A stretch of DNA of 64,000 nucleotides from assembly GCF_006345805.1 (NCBI RefSeq), contig NC_043019.1, positions 10,229,360 to 10,293,359 of the forward strand, written 5' to 3'. Source of the DNA: Octopus sinensis. Taxonomy: Eukaryota. The notes beneath the pieces were generated by a model that made no database searches, was not told the DNA's origin, and saw only the letters and a program-made list of their open reading frames with translations. Position numbers and translations under genes: made by a program. Positions 41,318-52,776 of this stretch are shown here, piece by piece. Every line of letters begins with the position of its first letter. Within the stretch, counting starts at the first letter, position 1.

Positions 41318-41979
41318 CTACAAGAAGCCTCAAATTCTTCTGATTTCATTTGTATTCTAAAGAAACCTTCACAGCATCCATCACCAGATTTTGACTTCAT
41401 TTTCTAATTCGTCAATTGCTAAAACGTTTGCTTCGGGTTCCTTTGCCCCCCCCCCCCGCCTCAGTTTGTTCCTCCATTCATGTTATATTGTTTCTAATAA
41501 GCCTTAAGCTGATTATTTACATAACACGCAGTTTTCTCGTTCGGAAGAAATTAGAACTTAATCAATTTTTTTCTTTTACTAAATTTATAAGTCAATCTGA
41601 TGTGGAAGGTGAAAGTTTTAATATCAGCTGGAGATGTTTAAAACGGGAACAAACTATGAGGGAGAATCACACGTTGAATGCTGTCACCACCAAACTTTAT
41701 CAGATTCTGAGACTGGATTGTAACATTCATTTGCAGTGAACGAGGGAAATAAAGCAGAGCAGGGAAACTGTGAGAATTCCTCAGTTTGTACAGCTCCCAT
41801 TAAGACTTTCTGCTAATGCTTAGAGAAAATGTTCAGGATTTTACAATACAGGAATACAAACTGATCACAATAACTTTCTCAAGTTTTATCAAAAGTTTGG
41901 TATTTATTTTCTCTCTTACCAATGGAAGCGCGTATTTTTTGTTGTTAAGTTTTAAAATTTTTATTTGTCATCTCTACGT

Positions 41980-42760
41980 TTGTCAACATAACACAATTGT
42001 CACCATAACATCATAAGCAATATAATTATTGTTGTTATCATTATATTATTGTCATAGTTGCTGGTACAATATCTTTGTCATAACATCATTGTCAACATAA
42101 TCCCACTGTTAACATTAATGTTAATATAAACGTCGTTGTCCTGACTTGTAGCACATAATCATTCTCTCTTGCAACATCGTTCGCATCGTAACCTCGTTGC
42201 GAATATAAGAAGATTATGATTATAACAGCGCGTTGCCAACATAACATATTTACCAACGTAACACCACTGTCATTATTGTCAACTTACAAAATTGTCAACC
42301 TAATAACATCGTCAAAGTAATACAATAGACACCATTGTCAACATAACACTACAGTCAACATATGGCCATTGCTATTATCATTGCCAACCTAATACATTCG
42401 TCAATATAACATCATCGTCGTCATTGTACAATAGCTATTATTATCAACAACAAAATTTTCATCGTAATTCGATTATCGAAATAACGCAATTGTCTATGTA
42501 GCTAACATCTTTTTCAACATAACATCATCGATTCTTCATAATGTTATTGTCATCATTTATACCGTAACACAATTATCAACATAAATATCAACAAAACGCA
42601 CTTGTTAGCATAATTGTTAGCTTAACAGAATTGCTAAATAACACCATTGTCAATATAAGACTCGTCAACGTTGCATTATCCCATAACACAACGGTCGTTT
42701 AACTACAGCCTCTGTAATAATAATGCTATCTGCACGACACCGTTGTCATTATAATATGAT
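41980..42760. repeat. Cryptic decayed 18-bp minisatellite
   Basis: Many variants of acaccattgtcaacataa. Confidence 0.65.
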
Positions 42761-43669
42761 TGCGCCCTCAGCCCCTGCAACAAGAACATCTTCAAAAGGC
42801 AAATGTTATGACAAGAGTCTCACTAAAAGCAACAGCTGAACGACAACAACAACAATCTATCAAATTTCGTTATTTAAAATTAAATAATTTGTTATTTTTT
42901 AAGTAAATATTTAATTTTCCTAATTTTCTTGCTTGTGACAGTTCACACGTCTCCCATTTGCGAGTTGAGACGCTCGACATTTCTCATTTGTAAGATCTTC
43001 CCATATTTTCAGATGAATCGCAACCTCTACTCCCAATCCCAAGGCTTAACTAAAAATTAAAAGAAAACTTGATTGGAACGGGAGAGATAATTAATTTAAG
43101 AAACGTTAATGCAAAGGATAGAATTAATGCGAATTCGAAGACCAAGTCTTCGATGTCAGAGTTAATAATTTGAAAGCTTGAACAGTCGATGTAGGGAGAA
43201 AACGAAAACAACAAAGGAAAACTGAGGGAAATAAAACAAAAACAGAAAAACAGCAATTTGCGTCTGGCCGTGCCATGTCCGAATCTGAATTCTTAGACTG
43301 AAATATAAAAATGGTGTTAATTCACGCAATAACCTATAAATGATCAATTGAATTCCAATAAATCGGATCGATGGTGATGACGATGACGATATTGTAGAGA
43401 ATTATGACGAAGCATTTATACTACCCGTCGGTTGTTTTATACACCCGTCTAAAAATAGCTTCTTGGTTTTGTTTAATATGCTAAGAATATCGATCATTCT
43501 CAAACCACAAAACAACAGCAACAACAACAACGGCAAATAATATAACGATAACAACATGTACAACAACATCAACAAAACCAATTTAATTGAGGAATAGCCA
43601 TTGTTAATTGCAACAGTGTTGTTGTATACACACACACACACACATATACACATATACTCTCGCACAAAG

Positions 43670-43700
<31 letters not shown>

Positions 43701-44219
43701 GGCACATACACATATACATAACATGTATATATTCTTTTATTCTTATACTTCTTTCAACCATTGGACTGCGGCCATACTGGGACAGCGCAGCCTTCATGGG
43801 TTTTAGTCGGGAATTAATTTTATCGATATCCAAGAATCAAACTGCTAAGTTTACCTGATCGCATTTTTGCATAAAGAGATTCAATTCATAAACACCGCAA
43901 AATATTTTCATTTACCGATTTTACATCGATATACCCAAACTATACCCACACACACACATACACACGCGCACACAATATACATACATATACACAGACAGGC
44001 GCGCACACATATATGTAATCCTCACACGTAATACGTGATATCTCACGTATTAACCATCAACGGTTCACAGCAACCTACGTCACACCCCGACAACAGACGA
44101 AGACGAGTGGAAATTCGTACCTCAAAGCCACATCAGTTCCCAGCAACGATTAATTGCAAACCAGGTTCAAGTTTAGAAGTCGAACGGAACAAAATACGGA
44201 GAGCTCAACGAGGATAATA

Positions 44220-46154
44220 ATGTCAGTTGACGACTCACGTGGAAGTTACGACACAGTGAAGAGAAACAGAAGCGTGGTGGCGATGGTGGAAGCTGATTCC
44301 AACCAAGAAAGACTTCTCAGCAACCAGAAAAGGTTAAAGAAAGGAAAGAAAGCTGAGGGAGGAGAAAAAGGTAGAAAGAGAGGAGCAAGAAGACGACGAG
44401 GACGAAATGAAAGAGAAGAATATTATGAGGAAGAGGCAGAGGATGGAGGAGAAATGGAAGGAGGGGAAATGGAAGGAGGGGAATATATTGAAACTGAAGA
44501 AAACGAAGAGAAACATGAAGAAGAAGAAGAAGAAGAAGAAGGCGAAGAAGAAGAAAGAGCTGTGAAGTCAAGATTAGAGGAAGCAAGATCTCGTCCGACA
44601 TTCCATATTCCACCACGTTCGACAAAAATGAAAAAAGTCAAGCAGTCCTCCTCTCCCTCAAGGACGGCAGAAAGTTTGGAGGAATATGGCGATGACGGCA
44701 TCCACGACCTTCGGCTCAAGATTAACAGTCGAGAAAGACGAAGAATGCACGATTTGAATGCGGCTCTTGACGGTCTTCGAGAAGTTATGCCTTACGCTCA
44801 CGGACCATCCGTTCGCAAGTTGTCCAAGATCGCCACACTACTTTTGGCCAAAAACTATATTCTTATGCTTAACAGCTCCCTGGACGAAATGAGAAAAATT
44901 GTCAGCAGTTTCTACCGGACGAGAACTATTGGAAAGAATGGTGCTGTGAGCAGAACAACTGATATCACCGCCGCCGCCGCCGCCGCCGCCGCCACCATTG
45001 CCGACCATTTACCGTCCAAATCTCCATTCATTGCTGGTCGTCCATTGCCTGAGACTGCGAATTCTCTTACAGTTACAAACGCTTCCACTTTGCTGTCTTT
45101 GAATACAGCTGTTGTTCCTGCAGTTTCAACAGCAACATTTTTATCGAATGGTTCTTTGGATTCCCAGCCTACCGTTTCACCATCACAACCACCACCACCA
45201 CCACCACCGCCACCACAACCACCACCACCGTCGTCGTCAGCAGTGTCTTCCACGTCACCCGAGTCTCCTGCTCCTCCCGTTTCTACTTCACCTCTTCCTT
45301 CTGCTCCACAATCTTTATCTTCGACTTTTCTCGGACAAGAACAGAAGATCGGAGACAAAACAAAGTCACCTGCTCCTTCCGTCCCGATTAAACGAATGGT
45401 TCCTCCTCCTCTTTTACCTCCCCCTTCTCTTCCCCCTCCCTCTTCTCTCTATCCTCTTCCTCCTCCTTCTCCTCCTCCTCATCATCATCAACATCAGAAT
45501 TTGCACAATCTTACTTCATTTCATGATCCTCCCGCTCCTCCTAATTATGATGGGTATGATAATGATCATCACCACCGTCGTCATCATCATCATCATCATC
45601 ATCAACAACAGCAGCAATCTACGGGCTGCACTCAATTCATTCCCAGCATCCACGTTACAACCACTCAGCAACAACAGCGACGACGACGTCAATACCAACA
45701 ACAACACCATTGCGCGCACTTTGTGGAAGAACAGCCTCGACAGATGTCACCGTCACCCGACAGCACGACTAGCGTCACAACAAACACCACCGCCACCGCC
45801 GTTACCACCACCGTCGCCACCACTGCACCACCACCACCGTCACAATTCTGTCTGACTCGGGAAACTTTCCCCGGGCTCTCACCCGTTATAACTGTGCCCA
45901 ATGCGAACGAGGCGACGCGATCGGACGTTTCCTTTCTTCCGTCCGCAAAGGAATTATCCCTGCCTGGAAGATTAGAGCCGAACTACCTTCATCCACAACA
46001 CACGGCCCTCTTTAACAGATTGACTTGGCCTTACACACCATGTTCCCATCCTCAATGTGTTGTAGAGATGCTCGGGTCACCATTTTCAATGTATGCACCC
46101 GGCTATACTACACCCCCGGCTCTTTTATCCACCAGTGTGCCAAGAAAACAATGA
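44220..46154 (+). CDS. Olig: Intronless Olig-family bHLH transcription factor (644 aa from the first in-frame ATG)
   Basis: Long open frame. The b[57 protein letters not shown] has Olig-type residues ([21 protein letters not shown]) rather than BHLHE22-type (LNINARER, DELRAVIP, AHSPS). C-terminal PCSHPQC. The ORF-track start at 44154 is TTG; the first ATG is 44220. Confidence 0.92.
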   Translation: MSVDDSRGSYDTVKRNRSVVAMVEADSNQERLLSNQKRLKKGKKAEGGEKGRKRGARRRRGRNEREEYYEEEAEDGGEMEGGEMEGGEYIETEENEEKHEEEEEEEEGEEEERAVKSRLEEARSRPTFHIPPRSTKMKKVKQSSSPSRTAESLEEYGDDGIHDLRLKINSRERRRMHDLNAALDGLREVMPYAHGPSVRKLSKIATLLLAKNYILMLNSSLDEMRKIVSSFYRTRTIGKNGAVSRTTDITAAAAAAAATIADHLPSKSPFIAGRPLPETANSLTVTNASTLLSLNTAVVPAVSTATFLSNGSLDSQPTVSPSQPPPPPPPPPQPPPPSSSAVSSTSPESPAPPVSTSPLPSAPQSLSSTFLGQEQKIGDKTKSPAPSVPIKRMVPPPLLPPPSLPPPSSLYPLPPPSPPPHHHQHQNLHNLTSFHDPPAPPNYDGYDNDHHHRRHHHHHHHQQQQQSTGCTQFIPSIHVTTTQQQQRRRRQYQQQHHCAHFVEEQPRQMSPSPDSTTSVTTNTTATAVTTTVATTAPPPPSQFCLTRETFPGLSPVITVPNANEATRSDVSFLPSAKELSLPGRLEPNYLHPQHTALFNRLTWPYTPCSHPQCVVEMLGSPFSMYAPGYTTPPALLSTSVPRKQ

Positions 46155-46318
46155 ATACACATACATGCATACATGCATACATACAGACAGACAGACAGAC
46201 ACACGACTACCCTGTTTGATGATGTCTAAATACCAATAAGTCTTGTTTCTTTGCAAGAAGCCAATTCATTCTCCATTAGTGGGAAATTCTAAAAATATAA
46301 AAAAACCCAAATAAAACC

Positions 46319-46392
<74 letters not shown>

Positions 46393-46779
46393 GGACGGAC
46401 GCGCACACACCCACACATGAACGCATGTGAGTACACATGAGTAACAAAATATTTACAACATGGTGTTAAAGTTCAGAGTAAACTGTTGTCACATTTTGAC
46501 AAACACTTTGACACTTCCTCCTTTTTTGTAAGTCTTCTGAGCTCCTCCAACTTCAACACTGTTTCATTTGCGGGACAACAAACATCGAAACTAAATACTC
46601 CATGGGAATTAGGTCCAGTTCTCTTTTTTTTAGTTCTTCTTCTATAAACCCCTGACAGACTCTCTGTCTCTATATACGTCTCACTTTATTTGTCTCACCA
46701 CAATTATTTCTGGTTCACATTTCAATGCTTCAAACATTAAACATGTCAACACTAACTCGTCTTTGTGTCTCACCTTAAT

Positions 46780-46802
46780 TTTATTATTATTATTATTATT
46801 AC

Positions 46803-46833
<31 letters not shown>

Positions 46834-46849
46834 GTTATTATTATTATTA

Positions 46850-46918
<69 letters not shown>
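46780..46918. repeat. Long (ATT)n microsatellite
   Basis: Direct reading; one of many (TA)n, (CA)n, (CT)n, (TACA)n and (ATT)n tracts in the window. Confidence 0.95.
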
Positions 46919-46920
<2 letters not shown>

Positions 46921-47110
46921 CCCTCCGCCATAGCGAAGGCGGGGGATATTGTTTTACAGTCGTGTTTGTTTGTTTGTTTTGGGGAAGTTATCTCAAGAAC
47001 CGCTGGATGGATTCGGATGAAACTTTCAGGGATGTTTGGCCTCATGACTGACAGGAATTCATTAGATATTGGGATCGATCCGGTACCGGACAAGGATTCT
47101 GGATTATTTG
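46917..47110 (+). mobile_element. HINE/DINE-1-like (Helentron-associated) element, 5' part
   Basis: 5' hairpin ccctccgcc..ggcggggg, (GTTT)n tract, then ggatggattcggatgaaacttt and gatccgg motifs typical of this element class. Confidence 0.55.
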
Positions 47111-47709
47111 TTATATATACTTTACATGAAGTATTACGATCTTACGTTGACTTTCAAGTCTTTTTCTGATTATCTCCCTTGAAAGCATGCTCATGGTTTC
47201 CACGTAAGTTACCGTGGCGTTGCTGTTTCCAAAGTTTTATTTTCGTTTCTCTGTTATCAATTTTACTCGCGTCTCTATCTTAGTAGGAAATGATGGAGGA
47301 AGAAATCAAACTACAAAAGTAAACGGCAGTAAACACTCATACGTACACAATTACACATACATGGGCATATACACACACATATATACACGCGCACACACAC
47401 AGAGGAACGCACATATACTCCATAGACACACACACAGAGACTCATGCACACACTACACACAAAACACACTTCCAACTGCCTGTTAAACACCTTCCTGCTG
47501 ACCATTCCCCTGCGCACAGGTGAAGAGACACAAAAGACCGACACTCCTGCTACTGAAGTCTTTCTACAACGTTAAGTGACACAAAGTGCAGTCACACATA
47601 TAAACAGCCAAAACCACACACACACGACACACACACACACAGACACAGACTTGTGCGCACGCACGTACCCCAACACACGCACATACCTCCTTCTCTTACA
47701 CTCTCCTGT

Positions 47710-48095
47710 CTTAGAAAGAACATTCACACATATTTCTACCTTTAGGATTTTTAAGAAACCAGCTGAGATTATTAACACAGCTTTATGTCATCCAGCTCTA
47801 GTGTTCAGGAACCTAGTGAAGGGGCTTAACAGAAGAATCCCCAAATTGTCTTCAAATAAAGAGATTGTCGAAGCTGCTGTCCCCTACTACAAGCAGGGTC
47901 TGGCTAGTTACACGTAGAGTCCTAACCTCAACTAAAGAAAACGCCACCGAAAAGTATTGTGGTTCACCCGACAATTCTTCCCTGGCGTAAAAACTTGTGT
48001 GGGTAAGATTTTCCATAGCTTTATGGATAAACACTTTCTCCCTACAAACAGATTCCGTAAAATATTTAATAGAAACACTTCAAGAGTTTCTTTTG
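47710..48095 (+). mobile_element. Penelope-like element fragment (Naiad/Chlamys-type RT thumb and linker)
   Basis: HPALVFRNLVKGLNRRIPKLSSNKEIVEAAVPYYKQGL and RKVLWF...VGKIFHSFMDKHF...KIFNRNTSRVSF match the WFNPP...DKHF...KIFNRNTVKVSY pattern. Confidence 0.75.
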
Positions 48096-48192
48096 GGGTT
48101 CACGGTTACTTAAATCCAAAACAGTTGAATGTTAGTGAAGATGATGAACTTCTGTTCGTTTGTCATTCACTTATTAATATATGCTGCTGCTG

Positions 48193-48231
<39 letters not shown>

Positions 48232-48389
48232 ATTGGTAAATTGGAACAAGTATTTTTTTTCTCAGTTAAAGCCTCTCAATACAGTTTTCTACCGAAGTAA
48301 ATGCAAAACTGAATATTTGTCACGTGGATTTTCGAGGTCTGCTTGAAGATATATTCTCGTTATCTATACGGAGTAGCTATTTCTAAAAT

Positions 48390-48510
<121 letters not shown>

Positions 48511-48639
48511 CATACATGAAGTAAATAGACACCTTTAATTTTCAAAATCTTTTATTAATACGCAAAGCGAATAATTGAAAAGTAATCGATAGGCAGGACT
48601 ACATACTTTGGTATTTAGTTGATATTCTCTTTGCAATTT

Positions 48640-50090
48640 TTAATTGAGAAACTCTTTTTGTGATAGTCTCTATTCAGACCTGAGTGAGTCCGAATTGTCC
48701 TCTTCGGAGGAGGAATTGTTGAGCGCGGTGAACAGGATGCACAAATGCCTGGAAAAGGGAAGCTACGTGGAAATATCGGAGGTGAGAAGAAAGGAGATAA
48801 AGTTGGCCAACGTGGAGGAACACCAAAAGAAGGGTTGCATTTTGGAGGGGACATTAAGTTGTCACCACTACAGAAAGTGATGGAAAATATGGCAAAAGGA
48901 ACGATTGTATATAAAGTTTACTCAGTAGAGGAAAAAAACGATTAGCCATGTAGAGGCCGAAACGATTGAGAAAGCGTTGGGCGTGGTGAGAAAGGACATT
49001 GTATTTTTAGCAAGAGGCATTAAGTATGGGACAGTGATCGTCCAATTTAAGACAGAAGAAGGGGCAAGGAGGAATGCGGCTAACACGGTGAAGATGAATA
49101 AAGTGGCCCTTCTACCCACGTATCTTGGAAGAAGAACTTCCAAGATTAGGGGAGAAGGAATCCCACCGAACATAGATGTGGCTTGGATCGCGGAGGCTGT
49201 CCTCCTAGGAAGTATGGAGGAGGTAGTCGTCCTCCAGGTCACAGAAGAAGAGGGGCCAAGGTGGAGGGGTAAAACATTAAACCTCATGAATCGTTGGAAA
49301 GTATGGCAGAAACAATAACGGTCATTGAGTTGATTCTGAGAGTATGAGTAGAGGGCAGAATCCCTCGTTGTTCTAAATGTGGCCAAAAAGGCCACATTAG
49401 AGCACACTGCCCTCTACGAAAGGAAAATAATCAAGAAAAAGGAGAAGAACCGATGAAGAAACAGGAAGAGGTACAACAAGTAAAAGAAAAGACCAGAGGA
49501 CAAAAGCAGAAGAAAGAAAAAGCAAGAAAGGAAAGGTGAAACGGAACCCCAAACCATACCCACCCCACCCATACCCTCTCAGATTGACCCTCCCCCACAA
49601 AACCCACCCATTCCCCGCCTACACGGGAAAAGGAAAAATAGTCACAACAGAATGTACAAAATTCCCGGTGATAAATGTGAAACATGTATAATTAGAAAGG
49701 ATATAAAAAAGGAACTAATTAACAAAAGAACAACTTGGAAATGTGTTGCCCGAACATAATCCGATGGCGCTGGTGTGTCCTGGTGTCAGAGAAGCAAAAG
49801 GAAGAAATAGCTGAATCTAAGAAAGGACTGGGCTGTCGGAGGATAATCATGGATATTAATAGAACACCAGACAATGTGACATACAATGAGCCAAAGAAGG
49901 AATTCGGTAAAGACATACTGAAAGACTCAACCGGAAGTAAGTGATGTCGCTTGACCTGGTGCAAGCAGCACTTTTTCAGTATTTTCATACGATTTATTTT
50001 CATTTTCATTTTATGTTTCGTGTTATGTGTCCCTACATGTTTTTGTGTTGTCCCCTCTCTGTTGCCCCCTTGTGGGCAATAAAAAATTCG
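48640..50090 (+). mobile_element. Gag-like ORF1-only non-LTR element with a CCHC zinc knuckle
   Basis: KYGTVIVQFKTEE...LPTYLGRRTSKIR..GIPP, then EGRIPRCSKCGQKGHIRAHCP (CX2CX4HX4C) near 49350-49412; no ORF2 seen; T-rich 3' UTR and AATAAA near 50078. Confidence 0.72.
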
Positions 50091-51394
50091 CGTGTTTCTT
50101 GTTTCATCTTGATGAGGGGCTCATCGCCATGATGCCCTTCAGTGGAATTGAGCTCCAGCATGGCCATTGATGTGTAAGAATTCGACCTGTCGAAGTCTGT
50201 TTATGAACTTTGGACGTATTTGTGTGAGGTGAGTAAAAAATACTTTTTACAAATATTTAAAAAAATATTTTTAATCGTTTGATCAAACTTTTTTAGTCGT
50301 TGGACTTTCACTTTATCTTTGTCTATTAATTTTGGTAATTTACGAATTTTTAGTCGTTTATATTTACCTTTTTGATAGACCGTTGTATTTGTATTTTATT
50401 CGAATATTTTTGCCTTCTGTATTTTTATGTATATGTATTTTTTTATGAGTTTAAGAATCATGGTGCTATGTATGTGATTAAATATTTGAGCTATGGTGTT
50501 ATATATTAAGTCGTTGACTGAAATCTAATGTTTGTTCTATAACCAATGTTTCTTTATATATATTTATATACACGTAAAAGACTTTCTCACTCTCCCGAGC
50601 GTTAAACTAATACACCTGCTTTCGTCTTTTTTTAAATTTTTAATTCCAACTATATATATAAGGGTGGGGTGTGTTGTTTAATGCAATTTTAGAAAAATAT
50701 CATTATCAAAAGAGTGAATATTCATTTTCACGAAAAAGGACACCGTATAAGTTAACCCTGTTCAATTTCCCGGGTGTGCCCAGTTCCGTAAAGTAGGGAT
50801 ATATATGAATAGTTGAGCGGTGGATCAGCTGGCCTGGATTTCCTGGTAGTCTATGTGGGAACTGAAGCTATGATAGCGATTAAAGAAATTAGTAACAGGT
50901 GGGAGATGCGAGGAGGGGATATACACCAGGGAAGATGAGATATACGTAAATTCAACTGAACTCGGGTGATAGCCAACTTATATGAAAGGGACTTTTTGAA
51001 TCACTCCCATTTCTCTCTCTCTCTCTCTCTCTCTCTCTATGTATCTCTGTCTCTCTCTGTATGTGTTTGTGTGGACAAAAATTTTATTAAAGCCAAAAAA
51101 TCTTCGCAAACAGTAACTCAGAATTTCACGATACCGTTTGTCGGACAGATGGGGTCACACTAGTATCATAGTATAGTCATAACTTTCCGGCCAAGGATAA
51201 CGCGAAACTCTGAGTAACAGATTGTGAAGATTTTTTTCAGCTTTAGAAAAAGCTTATTGCTATGTTTTCGGTGTTCATGTGCTTTTTTTTCCGGTCTTGT
51301 ATTGCATTTATGTGCTTACCTGTGTGTGTGTGTGAATGAATACACACACATTTATGTATTTGCTTTGCAACAATGTGAAATTGTGTGTCGAAAT

Positions 51395-51610
51395 ATTGTT
51401 GTATTTCGGGAGAGTCATTCGTGTTTTGCCAAATAAACACACGCACTATATATTCATTCGTTCTTCATTTCAGATTTAATATTTATTTTATGTCTATTGT
51501 CTGGAAATCTTTCATCACACATCAGTAATAAATCTGAAGTGAAAAACGAATATATAGTGCGTGTGTTTATTTGGCAAAAAAGAAAGTGACCGTCCCGAAA
51601 CGTAATTATA
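51395..51610. mobile_element. Inverted-repeat element of the same family as 26007-26467
   Basis: Perfect 32-bp arms at 51424-51455 and 51548-51579 inside longer imperfect arms. Confidence 0.65.
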
Positions 51611-52215
51611 TGTAGTGTGTGTATATGTTTGTATGCATATATATATGCATATATATATACATATATATGTATGTATGCACATATATATGTATATATACAT
51701 ACAAATATGCACACATATATATACATACACACACACACACATATATATATTTATACATGCATGCACACATACATATATGCAAGCATACATATAGATACAT
51801 AGAGAAGTGTGTGTGTGTGTATACATACACGTATATGTATGAACCGATTTATATATTTTATTTTAGTCATTTGACTGCGACCATGCTGGAGCACCGCGTT
51901 TAGTCGATCAAATTAACTCCAGGACTTTGTAAGCCCCGGACTTATTCTATCGGGTTTTATACACCAGCTTCGGTTATCACGGTGTGGGGACTTTCTGGCG
52001 AAGTATGTAGGGGGATTTGGTAGATGAGAACTGAAAGAAGCCCGTCGTATATACTTGACAACCAATGTTGGTATGTTTACGTCCCCGTAACTTAGCGGTT
52101 CAGCTCCTTCGGCAAGTGTCTTCTACTATAGCCTCGTGTCACGCAGTGGAACTGAGCCCGGAACCATGTGGTTGGGAAGCAAACTTTTTACCACACAACC
52201 ACTCCTGCGCCTATA

Positions 52216-52289
<74 letters not shown>

Positions 52290-52776
52290 ACATATATATG
52301 TCCACACACACACACATTAGATCTGCGCCCTGTTGTCAACAATGAACCAACGATGTCTTTGTGTTTCTTTGTTTCCTGTAAAACTAACATCAAAATGAAA
52401 ACGACGGTGTATAATTCGCAACCAACCATTCAGAGGTAAACTGATCTCGATACTCTCACCTCTTCGCAACCCATACTTCACACGCCGACAGCAGCAGCAG
52501 CAGCAGACGGCGCCTCCTCCCTTTCGCCTCTCACACTCAGACGTCATCTCCATCCAACTCAGGCGTTCACTCCTCCTCCTCTCGTCAAACATCGAAAATA
52601 TATTCCATTGTGAACCTGACAACTTGTCTCCATCAATAACAGAAACAATCCACCGCGCACACACACGTGTTACGCGCGCGCGCGTGTGTGTGTATAGCCC
52701 ACGGTGATGCTCCAGCATGACTGCAGCCGCATGGTTGAAACGAGTAAAAGAGTATATATATATATAATTACGGAGA

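Noticed and set aside
44317-45901. Antisense and alternate-frame ORFs overlapping Olig (e.g. 45112-45855, 44912-45358)
   Set aside because: These are shadows of stop-poor trinucleotide repeats with no recognisable domain.
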